A stretch of DNA of 64,000 bases, from positions 256,001 through 320,000 of the forward strand of contig CAWJRG010000009.1 of the NCBI GenBank assembly GCA_963845185.1, written 5' to 3'. Under the pieces are notes generated by a model. The model did no database searches and was not told where the DNA came from. It worked only from the letters and a program-made list of their open reading frames with translations. The position numbers were made by a program, and so were the translations under genes. Below, piece after piece: positions 50,059-60,252 of the stretch; the stretch's first letter is position 1, and every line of letters starts with the position of its first letter. Source of the DNA: an uncultured bacterium (GTDB lineage: Bacteria > Oederibacteriota > PGYV01 > CAWJRG01).

Positions 50059-51486
50059 ATGCCGCGTATAGTATTAATCGAGGTTTTAAACAAACTTGAC
50101 GAAGTATCGCCTTCTGTATCGCTGGGATATCTGGCTTCGTATCTTTTGAAATATCTTGGGGAAGTCGAGATAAAAATAGAAAGATCCACGGGAAAAATAC
50201 CGATAAAACTGCTTCCCGACGACCTTGTAGGGATTTCTGTTGTAACACAAAATTATAATTTCGCATTAGAACTCGCAAAGAATATAAAAAGCAAATTTAA
50301 ATCGATACCCGTAATAATAGGGGGACATCATATAAGCCCGCTTCCCGAGAGCATGAGCGAAGACATGAATATCGCGGTCCTTTATGAAGGCCATGAGACT
50401 TTCCTGGAGCTTGTTAAATTATATTTCAGTTCGGGATTCAACAAACAAAAATTGCTCAGCGTTATGGGAATAGCTTTCATAGATAAAGGCAAACTCATCA
50501 GGACGCCTGCAAGGCCGTATGTCAAGAATCTGGACGATATACCTCCACCCGCAAGGCACCTTACAATTAAAAGCAAACCGGTAAAAACGCTTGAGATTAT
50601 TACATCCATGGGATGCCCTTATCAATGTGTTTTCTGCGGTTGTTCGGCGTATTGGGGAAAGATACGGTATCACTCACCGGAATATGTAAATGACGAAATT
50701 GACCAGGTCATGTCTGAATATCAGCCGACCCGTTTGAATTTTTTGGATGACCTTATTATAGCCGATAAGGACAGATTTTACAAAATCATAAGCCATTTCA
50801 GGGAAAAGAATTATCACAAGACAACAGACCTGTATTTTACCGGGCATGTAAATTTTATAGACAAGGATTTATGCGAAATGATAAAAGGCATTAAATGCTC
50901 TATTTGGTTTGGATTTGAATCAGGAAGCGATAATATATTGAAAAAGTTCAAAACAGGGAACGTAACCGTTGAAAAAAATCAGAAAATCCTGGATCTATTG
51001 ACCAAATATCCCGATGTGCTGGTTGGAGGTTTTTTTATGTGCGGGCTTCCGGGTGAAACAGTAGAAGACCTTGAAAAAACCTATAAATTTATCTCATCAA
51101 ATAAAAGACTTGACCATTTTGGGATGAGCGTTGTAACGCCTTTCCCAGGCACATATCTATGGAAATATGCGTTTGACAAAGGCCTTGTAAGCGCGCATAT
51201 GGACTGGAACAAGCTTAGGTTTAATTCAAAGACGTCTCTTGCCGGCAAAGTACTGATAAATGACGTAATTACACGCAAAGAATTTGAAAGGATGATGCAT
51301 AAGATTAATAATTACGGATATGGGCTTATCGCGAAAGCATATTCATTTGGGGATATAGTCAGGCTTTTCCGGGTAGACGCACTTTATGTATTGAAAAATA
51401 TCATTGGGAATCCGACCAAATTTTTTAATATACTTTATCAACTGATGGCAACAAAAATCAAACTATTACTGGGAAGTAAAAGATAA
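50059..51486 (+). CDS. B12-binding domain radical SAM protein
   Basis: SLGYLAS, IIGGHH, CPYQCVFC, GFESGS, GLPGET, PFPGT; ATG after AGGAGG. Confidence 0.9.
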   Translation: MPRIVLIEVLNKLDEVSPSVSLGYLASYLLKYLGEVEIKIERSTGKIPIKLLPDDLVGISVVTQNYNFALELAKNIKSKFKSIPVIIGGHHISPLPESMSEDMNIAVLYEGHETFLELVKLYFSSGFNKQKLLSVMGIAFIDKGKLIRTPARPYVKNLDDIPPPARHLTIKSKPVKTLEIITSMGCPYQCVFCGCSAYWGKIRYHSPEYVNDEIDQVMSEYQPTRLNFLDDLIIADKDRFYKIISHFREKNYHKTTDLYFTGHVNFIDKDLCEMIKGIKCSIWFGFESGSDNILKKFKTGNVTVEKNQKILDLLTKYPDVLVGGFFMCGLPGETVEDLEKTYKFISSNKRLDHFGMSVVTPFPGTYLWKYAFDKGLVSAHMDWNKLRFNSKTSLAGKVLINDVITRKEFERMMHKINNYGYGLIAKAYSFGDIVRLFRVDALYVLKNIIGNPTKFFNILYQLMATKIKLLLGSKR

Positions 51487-51893
51487 GGATTTTTTCAAAA
51501 ATCCGGGTGATTGGGAACAGAACAATTGACGGGCTCAATATACTGCTTTGCCGGTATGTAAATAAAACGGAATTCCCGAATAATTATAAATAGCGGAGGT
51601 TTGGTAAAAAAGATAGCATAATAATTATAAATCAAGAATTTTTAATAAAAACTATCAAACGTAAATTAAGAGCAAATAAAATCTGGCTTGATTTTTTAAA
51701 TGGCTTGCCGGATAATCTGCAATATAATATTGTAAAGGCAATAGAACAGGAAAAACGTGAAGTAACCTATGGCTCGTTTTTTTGGCGTTTATGAATTTCT
51801 TTGCGCCAAAGGCACTCGATAAGATGTTTTATAAGGCGATGGTAAAGAAAAAGTAAATTTTGCAATAAAATATTAAAAGGATAAGATATAGTA

Positions 51894-53819
51894 ATGAAAA
51901 AAGAAAATCTTTTTGTAATTGTTTGTCTTGCAGTCTTTATTCTGTCCGCGTTTCTTATCCGCATGCCCATGATAAATTACGGCCTGCCATACCTTTTCCA
52001 CCCGGATGAATATGCAATCAGCAATGAAACTACGGAAAATATAAAATTTATGAGGCTGGACACGCATTATTACCTTTATCCTATTTATTCTGTTTATTTT
52101 TATACGGCTGTCGATTATGCATTCTGGAAAGCAGGCAGTTATTTTTGGCCTGACCAGATTCCCAAAAGCAGAAAAAATCTTGAGCCGAAAGTTTTTTATC
52201 AGGTCAACAGGACTGTTTCTGTTTTATTGGCTGTTTTATGCGTAATTGCTGTTTTTGTTTTGGGGAAAGTTTATTCAAATATTTACACAGGGCTGGCTTC
52301 TGCGGCGCTCTTATGCTTTTCGCCTGCCCATTTGCAAAATTCATGGATTATCAAACCGGACTCAGGAATGCTTCTTTTTTCAATAATTGCGCTTATATTT
52401 TATTATAAGTCGCTTAAGATACCTTCTCTTTTGAATCTGACATTTTCCTTCCTTTTAACAGCTGCAGCGATTCTGTTTAAACTAAACGCGTTTTGTCTAA
52501 TTATACCTGCTTTTTTTCTTGCCGGTTTTCTATGGGAAGAGAGCAGAGCCAACATAATAAAAGCATTACTCATTACTTTTGCTGTTGTAGCCGTAACAAT
52601 TCTGCCGGTTATTGGAAAAATTGGGACGATGATCAGCAAGCCGTTAAAGGCTTATATAAGTTATCAGACGGCTGAAGGAAGCAAATTTCCCAATCTTTAT
52701 TTTTTTAAGTATTATTTTGCCGGCGGGTTGGGCATTATTACTGCAACAGCTTGTTTCGGGGCTCTTTTATACGGAACGATAAAAATAGACAGAAGAAATA
52801 TTTTTATTTATTGGTATGTATGGGCTTATCTTATTGTTTTGCTGTTTGTAAAGAGAGATTTGGACCAGCATGCATTACTGATAGTCCCAGCGCTGTATTT
52901 GATATGCGCCGATACCCTGCAGGCATTGACTGTAAAGATTAAATATCTATTTCCGGTCTTGATTGGCATATTTGTCATTTCCGGCGCGCCTTTGTTGGCA
53001 GATTATATAAACATTCACATGATGAAAGATTCCAGAATATCTGCAAGAGAATGGGTTGAAAAAAGCATCAAGCCGGATGAGCCAGTTTTGTACGAGGTTA
53101 ATGGGCCGCCGATGTGTGATTTTGACCCTCCGCTGGATGGAAACCCGTCACTTGTATTAAAGAACATGAACATAACGTATATGAACAGGATGATAGATAA
53201 AAATGATATCATTGGTTGTGAATATTATATATTATCAAGATATACAAAATATGAGGGAGAACTTTCCAGCGAAGGCATTGTTGTTAAAAAATTTGAGGCA
53301 AAGGGGCTGGGCCCGGAGATAAAGATTTACAAAAAAAAATATGTTTTCAGACCTGAATTTTCAGACAAGACAATTGTGCCTTTCGGCGATACTTCTAAAA
53401 AATGGTACTATATTAACAGAGTAAGACCCATTTATCCGGCTATTGAATATGAAAATAACGGGATATTAATGAGTTTCGTTGACACTGAGAGAAAAGATGC
53501 TTATCATTATTTTCTTCAGCAATCTGATTTAAATACTTTTTTCGGATGGGAAAAACTCATAGATGATGACAGCTTTTTAATTACCAGACTGAAATGGGAC
53601 TCTAACGCGAGATTGTCTATTTGTACAATCGGAGAAAACGGGAATACAATATTAATTGAAGGCAAACGCGGCCTTGACAGGGAAACCGAACTTATATTAC
53701 ATGTTCCAAAGGGAAAGATATCAGGATTTATGTTCTATTTAAGTACTCCACATATGCTGCAGGAAACAAACAAGCGTATTTTTCTGCATATATATAAATC
53801 ATATATAGGAAAGTTATAA
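51894..53819 (+). CDS. GT-C fold glycosyltransferase (family 39/ArnT-like)
   Basis: YGLPYLFHPDE motif after the first TM; multiple TM helices; DSRISAREWV. Confidence 0.8.
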   Translation: MKKENLFVIVCLAVFILSAFLIRMPMINYGLPYLFHPDEYAISNETTENIKFMRLDTHYYLYPIYSVYFYTAVDYAFWKAGSYFWPDQIPKSRKNLEPKVFYQVNRTVSVLLAVLCVIAVFVLGKVYSNIYTGLASAALLCFSPAHLQNSWIIKPDSGMLLFSIIALIFYYKSLKIPSLLNLTFSFLLTAAAILFKLNAFCLIIPAFFLAGFLWEESRANIIKALLITFAVVAVTILPVIGKIGTMISKPLKAYISYQTAEGSKFPNLYFFKYYFAGGLGIITATACFGALLYGTIKIDRRNIFIYWYVWAYLIVLLFVKRDLDQHALLIVPALYLICADTLQALTVKIKYLFPVLIGIFVISGAPLLADYINIHMMKDSRISAREWVEKSIKPDEPVLYEVNGPPMCDFDPPLDGNPSLVLKNMNITYMNRMIDKNDIIGCEYYILSRYTKYEGELSSEGIVVKKFEAKGLGPEIKIYKKKYVFRPEFSDKTIVPFGDTSKKWYYINRVRPIYPAIEYENNGILMSFVDTERKDAYHYFLQQSDLNTFFGWEKLIDDDSFLITRLKWDSNARLSICTIGENGNTILIEGKRGLDRETELILHVPKGKISGFMFYLSTPHMLQETNKRIFLHIYKSYIGKL

Positions 53820-53920
53820 ATTTATACGATGGTAATTTATTATTGCTTAAAAAGATAGTCATGATAAAATAATTAAAAATAAATAATATTGTATTACTTT
53901 CGACTTGAAAAAGCGAACTG

Positions 53921-54024
53921 ATACCGCTTGTCCGGACCTTGCGGTCCGGACTGGAGCGGGTACATGATAGCGTAATATTTTGTCGGCGCCTTCGGCTTGA
54001 CAAAATAAACGCTATCAAGGGAGA
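53921..54024 (+). repeat. Dispersed two-hairpin palindromic repeat, copy 2 (ends in RBS AAGGGAGA)
   Basis: Near-identical to 55221-55324 except for the apical stem-loop. Confidence 0.9.
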
Positions 54025-54027
54025 AAA

Positions 54028-55083
54028 ATGAAACAATTAAAAGTAGGCATAATCGGCTGCGGGATAATATTCCCAATGCACGCCGAGTCGATAAAACGCG
54101 ATAAATTTGGCGTATTAAAAGCTGTGTGCGATATAGAGCCGGGCATTGCGAAAAAAGCAGGCAATAAATACCGCGTCCCTTATTATACGGATTATAAAAC
54201 CATGGCCAAAATGGAAGAGCTCGACGTAGTACATGTTTGCACGCCGCATTATCTGCACAAAGAAATGTCCGTATACTGCTTGGATGCAGGCATAAATGTC
54301 CTGCAGGAAAAACCAATGGCAATGAGCGTCAAAGAAGCCCTTGAAATTACGCGCAAAGCAAAGGCTGTAAAAGTAAAATACGGCGTGATTTTCCAGAACA
54401 GGTATACTCCTGCGGCAATACTCTCCAGGAAAACAATCAATTCTGGCAGACTGGGGAAAATATGCTCGGCAAAACTCATCCTTACATGGCATAAACCCGA
54501 CAAGTATTATTTGAAAAGCAGATGGAGGGGTACTTTTGACAAGGAAGGCGGCGGGGTTATAATTGACCAGGCCATACACTCGCTTGATTTATTAAGATGG
54601 CTGTTTAATTCCGAAGTTGAGTATGTGGACGCTTCTACATTTAACAGGCTGCACGATATTGTGGAAGTAGAGGATGAAGCGATTGGCGTCATAATGTTTA
54701 AGTCCGGCGCGTATATAAGCTTCTATACCATGAATCATTATTCCTACGATGACGATGTGTTTATGGAAATACACGGCAAAAACGGAAGGATAAAGATAAT
54801 TAAAGACAGCGCGGATGTTTATTATAAAACAGGCAAAGCGGAAAGAGCTGCGCCGAAATCGGGAGATTATATTGACTACGGCAATGGGGTAAAGGATTAC
54901 TGGGGCATATGCCATTCCATTCAAATAAACAAGTTTTACGGGGCAATATTGAAAAACAAGCCTTTTGAAATCAACGCTGACGAGGGACTTAAAACCCAGT
55001 GGCTCGTCAATGCCATATATGAATCAAGCCGGCTTAAAAAGCGGCTTTATATGGACGAGTTCAAGGAAAACTTGCGCAGATAA
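54028..55083 (+). CDS. Gfo/Idh/MocA family oxidoreductase
   Basis: VGIIGCG, CTPHYLH, EKPMA, GGGVIIDQAIHSLD. Confidence 0.93.
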   Translation: MKQLKVGIIGCGIIFPMHAESIKRDKFGVLKAVCDIEPGIAKKAGNKYRVPYYTDYKTMAKMEELDVVHVCTPHYLHKEMSVYCLDAGINVLQEKPMAMSVKEALEITRKAKAVKVKYGVIFQNRYTPAAILSRKTINSGRLGKICSAKLILTWHKPDKYYLKSRWRGTFDKEGGGVIIDQAIHSLDLLRWLFNSEVEYVDASTFNRLHDIVEVEDEAIGVIMFKSGAYISFYTMNHYSYDDDVFMEIHGKNGRIKIIKDSADVYYKTGKAERAAPKSGDYIDYGNGVKDYWGICHSIQINKFYGAILKNKPFEINADEGLKTQWLVNAIYESSRLKKRLYMDEFKENLRR

Positions 55084-55220
55084 ATCCGGGCATAAGTATT
55101 ACATTCGGATTTCGCCCACCAATTGACACCAATTTTTATTTATGTTATTATTCATATGTTATATTTTACCTGGCATACAATCCATCCTTGGGCTGATGAA
55201 GCTTGAAGGGCACACAATAA

Positions 55221-55324
55221 ATACCGCTTGTCCTCGGCTGAAGCCTCGGACTTGAGCGGGTACATGATAGCGTAATATTTTGCCGGCGCCTTCGGCTTGA
55301 CAAAATAAACGCTATCAAGGGAGA
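55221..55324 (+). repeat. Dispersed two-hairpin palindromic repeat, copy 3 (ends in RBS AAGGGAGA)
   Basis: Same length and architecture as copy 2. Confidence 0.9.
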
Positions 55325-55329
55325 CAGCA

Positions 55330-56583
55330 ATGGATTATTTTTCTTTTAAAGACAATGTATTATTCGCAGAGGATGTGGACGTAAACAAGCTGGCTAAAAA
55401 ATACGGGACACCCCTATATATTTACAGCCACAGAACCTTTGTCGAGCATTTCAGGAAAATAAAAAATGCCTTTGCCGACATGGACACCCTTATATGCTAT
55501 TCGGCAAAAGCCTGCTCGAATCTTACCGTAATGAAAGAGCTTGAAAAAGAGGGAGCGGGATTTGACATAGTGTCCGGGGGCGAGCTTTACCGCGCCATTA
55601 AAATAGGGGCAGACCCGAAAAAAATAGTTTATGCCGGTGTCGGCAAAACAAAAGAAGAAATGGAATATTCCATTGAGTCGGGCATACTTATGTTCAACGT
55701 GGAAAGCGTAAATGAGCTTAAAGCAATTGACCACATGGCAAGAGCCATGAAGAAAAAAATAAGCGTAGCGCTGAGGATAAACCCGGATGTGGATTCGCCG
55801 ACGCACGAGTACATAACAACAGGGAAAAAAGAAAACAAATTCGGAATTGACATAGTGCTGGCATACGAGCTTTTCAGGAACAGCAAAAAGTATAAAAATA
55901 TCAGCATTAAAGGCATACACATGCATATAGGGTCGCAGATAACCATTGCTCAGCCCTACATAGAGGCAATAAGCAAGATAGGCAAATTCATTAAAGACCT
56001 GAAAAACGAGGGCATAACAATAGAGTACTTTAATATAGGCGGAGGCCTTGGCATCATTTACAACGAGGAAAGGCCGTCGACTGCAGATTCTTTTGCCCTG
56101 GCAATAAAACCATACCTTGCAGGGCTTGATATAAAACTTATCCTGGAGCCCGGCAGGTTTATAGTCGGCAATGCAGGCATACTTGTGACGAGTGTAATTT
56201 ACAACAAAAAGGGAATAAAGAAAAATTTCCTGATTGTTGACGCAGGCATGAACGACCTGATAAGGCCGAGCCTTTACCACGCATATCACAAAATAATACC
56301 GGTAAATCCGGCTAAAGGCACACTTGAGTTTTATGACGTGGTGGGACCGATATGCGAAAGCGCGGATTTTCTTGGCAAGGACAGGCACCTGCCTCCTATA
56401 AAAGAAGGCGATTTACTCGCAGTAAGGAGCGCAGGGGCTTACGGCTTTTCGATGTCGTCAAATTACAACTCAAGGCCGAGGGCAGCGGAAGTGCTTGTGA
56501 AAGGCGGAAAAGATTACCTTATCCGCGCAAGGGAAAGTTTCGAGGACCTTGTCAACAACGAAAAAATAGTGAATATAAAATAA
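55330..56583 (+). CDS. lysA: Diaminopimelate decarboxylase
   Basis: YSAKA (PLP Lys), HIGSQI, EPGRF, GPICESAD, NYNSRPR. Confidence 0.97.
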   Translation: MDYFSFKDNVLFAEDVDVNKLAKKYGTPLYIYSHRTFVEHFRKIKNAFADMDTLICYSAKACSNLTVMKELEKEGAGFDIVSGGELYRAIKIGADPKKIVYAGVGKTKEEMEYSIESGILMFNVESVNELKAIDHMARAMKKKISVALRINPDVDSPTHEYITTGKKENKFGIDIVLAYELFRNSKKYKNISIKGIHMHIGSQITIAQPYIEAISKIGKFIKDLKNEGITIEYFNIGGGLGIIYNEERPSTADSFALAIKPYLAGLDIKLILEPGRFIVGNAGILVTSVIYNKKGIKKNFLIVDAGMNDLIRPSLYHAYHKIIPVNPAKGTLEFYDVVGPICESADFLGKDRHLPPIKEGDLLAVRSAGAYGFSMSSNYNSRPRAAEVLVKGGKDYLIRARESFEDLVNNEKIVNIK

Positions 56584-56654
56584 ACCCAATTCAGGCAGCA
56601 AGTGTTTTGCAGGGGTAATCGAAGCGTAAATTTGCCAATGAAAGGATGATATAT

Positions 56655-57494
56655 ATGAAAGAACTGCATTTTATGAAAATGTCCGGAGCGGGCAATGATT
56701 TTATCATGATTGACAACTATGACGGCAAAATAAAAATCACCCCGAAGGAAATAGAAAAGATATGTGACAGGCACCACGCGCTGGGCGCGGACGGGGTTCT
56801 TATTGTCGAAGAGCCGCCTTCGGATGAATATGATTTTTACATGAGGTATTACAATTCCGACGGCTCTGAAGCAGAGATGTGCGGCAACGGCGCAAGGTGC
56901 ATTGCAAGGTTTGCCTATATCAAACAACACGCAGCGGATAAAATGAGATTCCTCGCCAAAGACGGCGAGCATTACGCTGAAGTAAAAAAAGACGGCAGCG
57001 TGAAAGTCGGCATGATTGAGCCGTATGACATACGGAAAAACGTTACTGTAAACTCGATAAAAGGAGCCTTTATAAATACGGGCGTGCCTCATTTCGTGAC
57101 AGAAGTAAAGGACATAACAAAAGTTGACGTTAAAAATATCGGCAGGGAAATAAGGTTCCACAAAAATTTTGCGCCAAAAGGCACGAATGTGGATTTTGTG
57201 CAGGCAAAAGGCACGAACGTGAATTTTGTTCAGGCAAAAGGCCATGGGCTGCTTATACGGACATACGAGAGGGGCGTTGAGGATGAAACTCTTGCCTGTG
57301 GCACAGGCGCAGTAGCGGCGGCTGTCATAATGCATTTGACAAAAAATATAAAAAAGCCGGTTATTGTATTTGCTTGCGGAGGCGAATTGAAAGTTCATTT
57401 TGACGCCAAGGCGGATAAAATAAGCAATGTGTTTTTGGAAGGAAGCGCAAAAAAAATCGCGGAAGGCGAAATAATGCCGGAAGTTTTCAGGTAA
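56655..57494 (+). CDS. dapF: Diaminopimelate epimerase
   Basis: GAGNDF, EMCGNGARC, ERGVEDETLACGTG. Confidence 0.96.
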   Translation: MKELHFMKMSGAGNDFIMIDNYDGKIKITPKEIEKICDRHHALGADGVLIVEEPPSDEYDFYMRYYNSDGSEAEMCGNGARCIARFAYIKQHAADKMRFLAKDGEHYAEVKKDGSVKVGMIEPYDIRKNVTVNSIKGAFINTGVPHFVTEVKDITKVDVKNIGREIRFHKNFAPKGTNVDFVQAKGTNVNFVQAKGHGLLIRTYERGVEDETLACGTGAVAAAVIMHLTKNIKKPVIVFACGGELKVHFDAKADKISNVFLEGSAKKIAEGEIMPEVFR

Positions 57495-57517
57495 ATCCGG
57501 GGAAAAGGAGAAAAACC

Positions 57518-58393
57518 ATGTTCAAAGGTTCCTATGTAGCGATAGTAACGCCGTTTAAAGACGGGAAAATAGACGAAGATTCATACAAAACCCTTATTGA
57601 GATGCACGCGAACGCGGGCACCGACGGCATTGTGCCGTGCGGTACCACAGGAGAATCGCCGACACTTTCACCCGAGGAGCATGAGTACATGATTGACCTG
57701 ACGGTAAAACTTGTGAATAAAAGGATGAAAGTAGTCGCAGGTACAGGCTCAAATTCGACACAAGAGGCAATAGAGTATACAAAAGCAGCTGAAAAATCAG
57801 GAGCTGACGCGGCGCTTTTGGTAAGCCCGTATTACAACAAACCTACGCAAAAAGGGCTGTATGCGCATTTTAAAGCAGTGGCAGACGCGGTAAAAATACC
57901 TATTATCGTGTATAACATACAATCACGTACAGGCGTAAATATTACAACGCCTATTATGGCGCAGCTTTCGAAAATCCCGAACATAAGGGGCGTAAAAGAG
58001 GCAAGCGGAGACCTGGCTCAGATGAGCGAGGTTATCAACACGTGCGGTTCTGATTTTGACGTTTTGTCGGGTGACGACGCTTTAACCCTGCCATTGCTTG
58101 CGATAGGCGGCAAAGGTATAATATCAGTTATCGCGAATATCATACCAAAGGATGTTAAGGACATGGTTTCTGCCTTTTTTAAAGGCGACATTAAAAAAGC
58201 GCAGGATTTACACCACAGGATGTTCCCGCTTGTTAAAGCAATGTTTATCGAGACCAATCCGATACCGGTAAAAGCCGCATGCAGCCTGATGGGGCTTACA
58301 GGGCCTGAGATAAGGCTGCCCATGACTTATATCGAGGGTGACAATTTGCAAAAACTAAAAAAAGCAATGCAGGATTATGGACTGAAAGTATAA
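57518..58393 (+). CDS. dapA: 4-hydroxy-tetrahydrodipicolinate synthase
   Basis: GTTGES, PYYNKP, GVKEASG, ETNPIPVK. Confidence 0.97.
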   Translation: MFKGSYVAIVTPFKDGKIDEDSYKTLIEMHANAGTDGIVPCGTTGESPTLSPEEHEYMIDLTVKLVNKRMKVVAGTGSNSTQEAIEYTKAAEKSGADAALLVSPYYNKPTQKGLYAHFKAVADAVKIPIIVYNIQSRTGVNITTPIMAQLSKIPNIRGVKEASGDLAQMSEVINTCGSDFDVLSGDDALTLPLLAIGGKGIISVIANIIPKDVKDMVSAFFKGDIKKAQDLHHRMFPLVKAMFIETNPIPVKAACSLMGLTGPEIRLPMTYIEGDNLQKLKKAMQDYGLKV

Positions 58394-58468
58394 AGTAGAG
58401 TGATAAGTGGTAAGTGAGAAGTGGTAAGGGAAAAACTGGAAACCTGAAACTGTAAACTGGAAACTCAA
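58394..58468 (+). repeat. Degenerate heptamer tandem repeats
   Basis: AAGTGGT/AAGTGAG units followed by AAACTGG/AAACCTG/AAACTGT units. Confidence 0.7.
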
Positions 58469-58485
58469 TTGAGGAGATGATAAAT

Positions 58486-59262
58486 ATGATTAAGGTTGGA
58501 ATTACAGGCGTTGGCGGACGCGTGGGGTCTATAATAGCAGAGCTTGTGTCAAAAACAGAGGATATTAAACTCGTTGCCTGCCTGGAGAAAAAAGGGCACA
58601 GCATCGTCGGCAGGGAAATTGGGGGCTGCAAAGTCATTGACAACATAAAAGACGGGATATCCGGCATAGAAGTGTTTATTGATTTTACAATGCCTGAAGC
58701 AACCTTAAGTAATTTAAAAGCAGTTGTTGACGGCGGCAAGGCCATGGTGATAGGCACAACAGGGTTCAAGGAAAACGAATTAAAGGAAATCGACAATGCT
58801 GCAAAAAAAATACCAATTGTTTTATCGTCAAATTACAGTGTGGGCGTAAATGTCATGTGGAAGCTCGCCAAAGAGGCGACAAAAATCTTAAAACAGGACT
58901 ATGATATAGATATTATCGAAGCGCATCACAGGATGAAAAAAGACGCGCCATCAGGCACTGCCATGACAGCCGCGAAAATAATCATAGATGAGAAAAACGG
59001 GGATTTAAACAGGGATATTGTTTTTGGCAGGCAGGGCAGGGACAATGAAAGGCCCCGGGCTCAAATAGGCATGCTGTCTGTGCGCGCAGGAGGCATAGTG
59101 GGCGAGCACACCATAATATTCGCCAGCATGGGTGACAAGCTCGAGATATCCCATACTGCTTTTTCACGTGAGACTTTCGCGGAAGGTGCCTTAAAAGCTG
59201 TACGGTTCATAGCAGGCAAGAAACCCGGACTTTATTCAATGTCTGATGTGCTTGGCATATAG
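58486..59262 (+). CDS. dapB: 4-hydroxy-tetrahydrodipicolinate reductase
   Basis: IDFT, GTTG, EAHHRMKKDAPSGTA, GEHT. Confidence 0.97.
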   Translation: MIKVGITGVGGRVGSIIAELVSKTEDIKLVACLEKKGHSIVGREIGGCKVIDNIKDGISGIEVFIDFTMPEATLSNLKAVVDGGKAMVIGTTGFKENELKEIDNAAKKIPIVLSSNYSVGVNVMWKLAKEATKILKQDYDIDIIEAHHRMKKDAPSGTAMTAAKIIIDEKNGDLNRDIVFGRQGRDNERPRAQIGMLSVRAGGIVGEHTIIFASMGDKLEISHTAFSRETFAEGALKAVRFIAGKKPGLYSMSDVLGI

Positions 59263-59288
59263 ATTTTAAGATACGGCAACGGAAAAAA

Positions 59289-59972
59289 ATGACCAAATTC
59301 GTCAGATACATGCAAGCCGGCGGTAAGCCTAAGTGGGGAATGGTAAATAACAACAATGAGTTTCTGGAACTTGCAGGCGATGTATTTACCAATTACGACA
59401 TTACGAAAAAAATAGTGAAAGCCGAAGATGTTAAAATTTTGCCTCCGGCAATGCCGTCAAAAATAATCGCGGCAGGCCTGAATTACAGGAAGCACTCTGA
59501 TGAAATGAACATGAAACTGCCTGACGAGCCGGTTATTTTTTTGAAGCCTGGCACTGCAGTCATAGGACATTTGGATAAAATAATTTATCCCGAAGGGGCA
59601 ACGAGGGTGGATTATGAAGCTGAACTGGCAATAGTAATAAAAGAAAAATGCAGGAACTTAAGCGAGGATGAAATTGACAAATATATCCTGGGCTATACCT
59701 GTTTGAACGACGTGACCGAGCGCGACATGCAGAAAAAAGACGGGCAATGGACAAGGGCAAAGTCATTCGATACTTTCGCGCCAATGGGGCCGTATATTGT
59801 ACAGGGGATAGACCCGGACAACCAGGATGTCAGGCTGTATTTGAACGGCGAAATAAAACAGGACTCAAACACGGCAAATTTTATTTTTAATACAAAAAAG
59901 CTGGTGAGTTTTATATCAAAAGTAATGACTTTGTTACCCGGAGACGTGATTTCAACAGGCACTGCCATCTAG
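59289..59972 (+). pseudogene. Fumarylacetoacetate hydrolase family protein, 5' part (interrupted; 3' part at 63560-63643)
   Basis: GLNY, FLKP, DYEAEL, NDVTERD, KSFDTF and TLLPGDVISTGT, then a premature stop; the expected EGVGPM..GDKVEVEV..IGRLIN tail lies 3.6 kb downstream. Confidence 0.9.
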
Positions 59973-59994
59973 AGCACACAATGCAGATCGTCCA

Positions 59995-60252
59995 ATGAAT
60001 ATGTATGATTATATCGGACAATATCAGTCTATTTTTCCAAACCTGGATTTTGTGGAAGTAATATCTGAAATTCAGCATGAATCACGGGGTGATGCATCTT
60101 TAGTTACTTATGAGCCCAGAGTACATGATTATAGCTGGGGTATTCTTCAGGTGCGTGGACAAACATTAAGATATATGGGATATACAGGTTCGTTCAAAAA
60201 TATGCTTAATTTAAACCCGCATCCGTTATATCAAATTCATAAAAGAGAATGA
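59995..60252 (+). pseudogene. Lytic transglycosylase/SLT-like (endolysin-type) gene truncated by the IS
   Basis: IQHESRGD and SWGILQV resemble SLT motifs I and II; runs into the IS left end at 60216. Confidence 0.6.

Noticed and set aside
55084..55329. Lysine riboswitch upstream of lysA
   Set aside because: There is no AGAGGxGC/GCCGAA architecture, and the structured part is a repeat also found before unrelated genes.
55414..57398. Long minus-strand ORFs (324 aa and 294 aa)
   Set aside because: Antisense shadows of lysA and dapF with no recognisable motifs.
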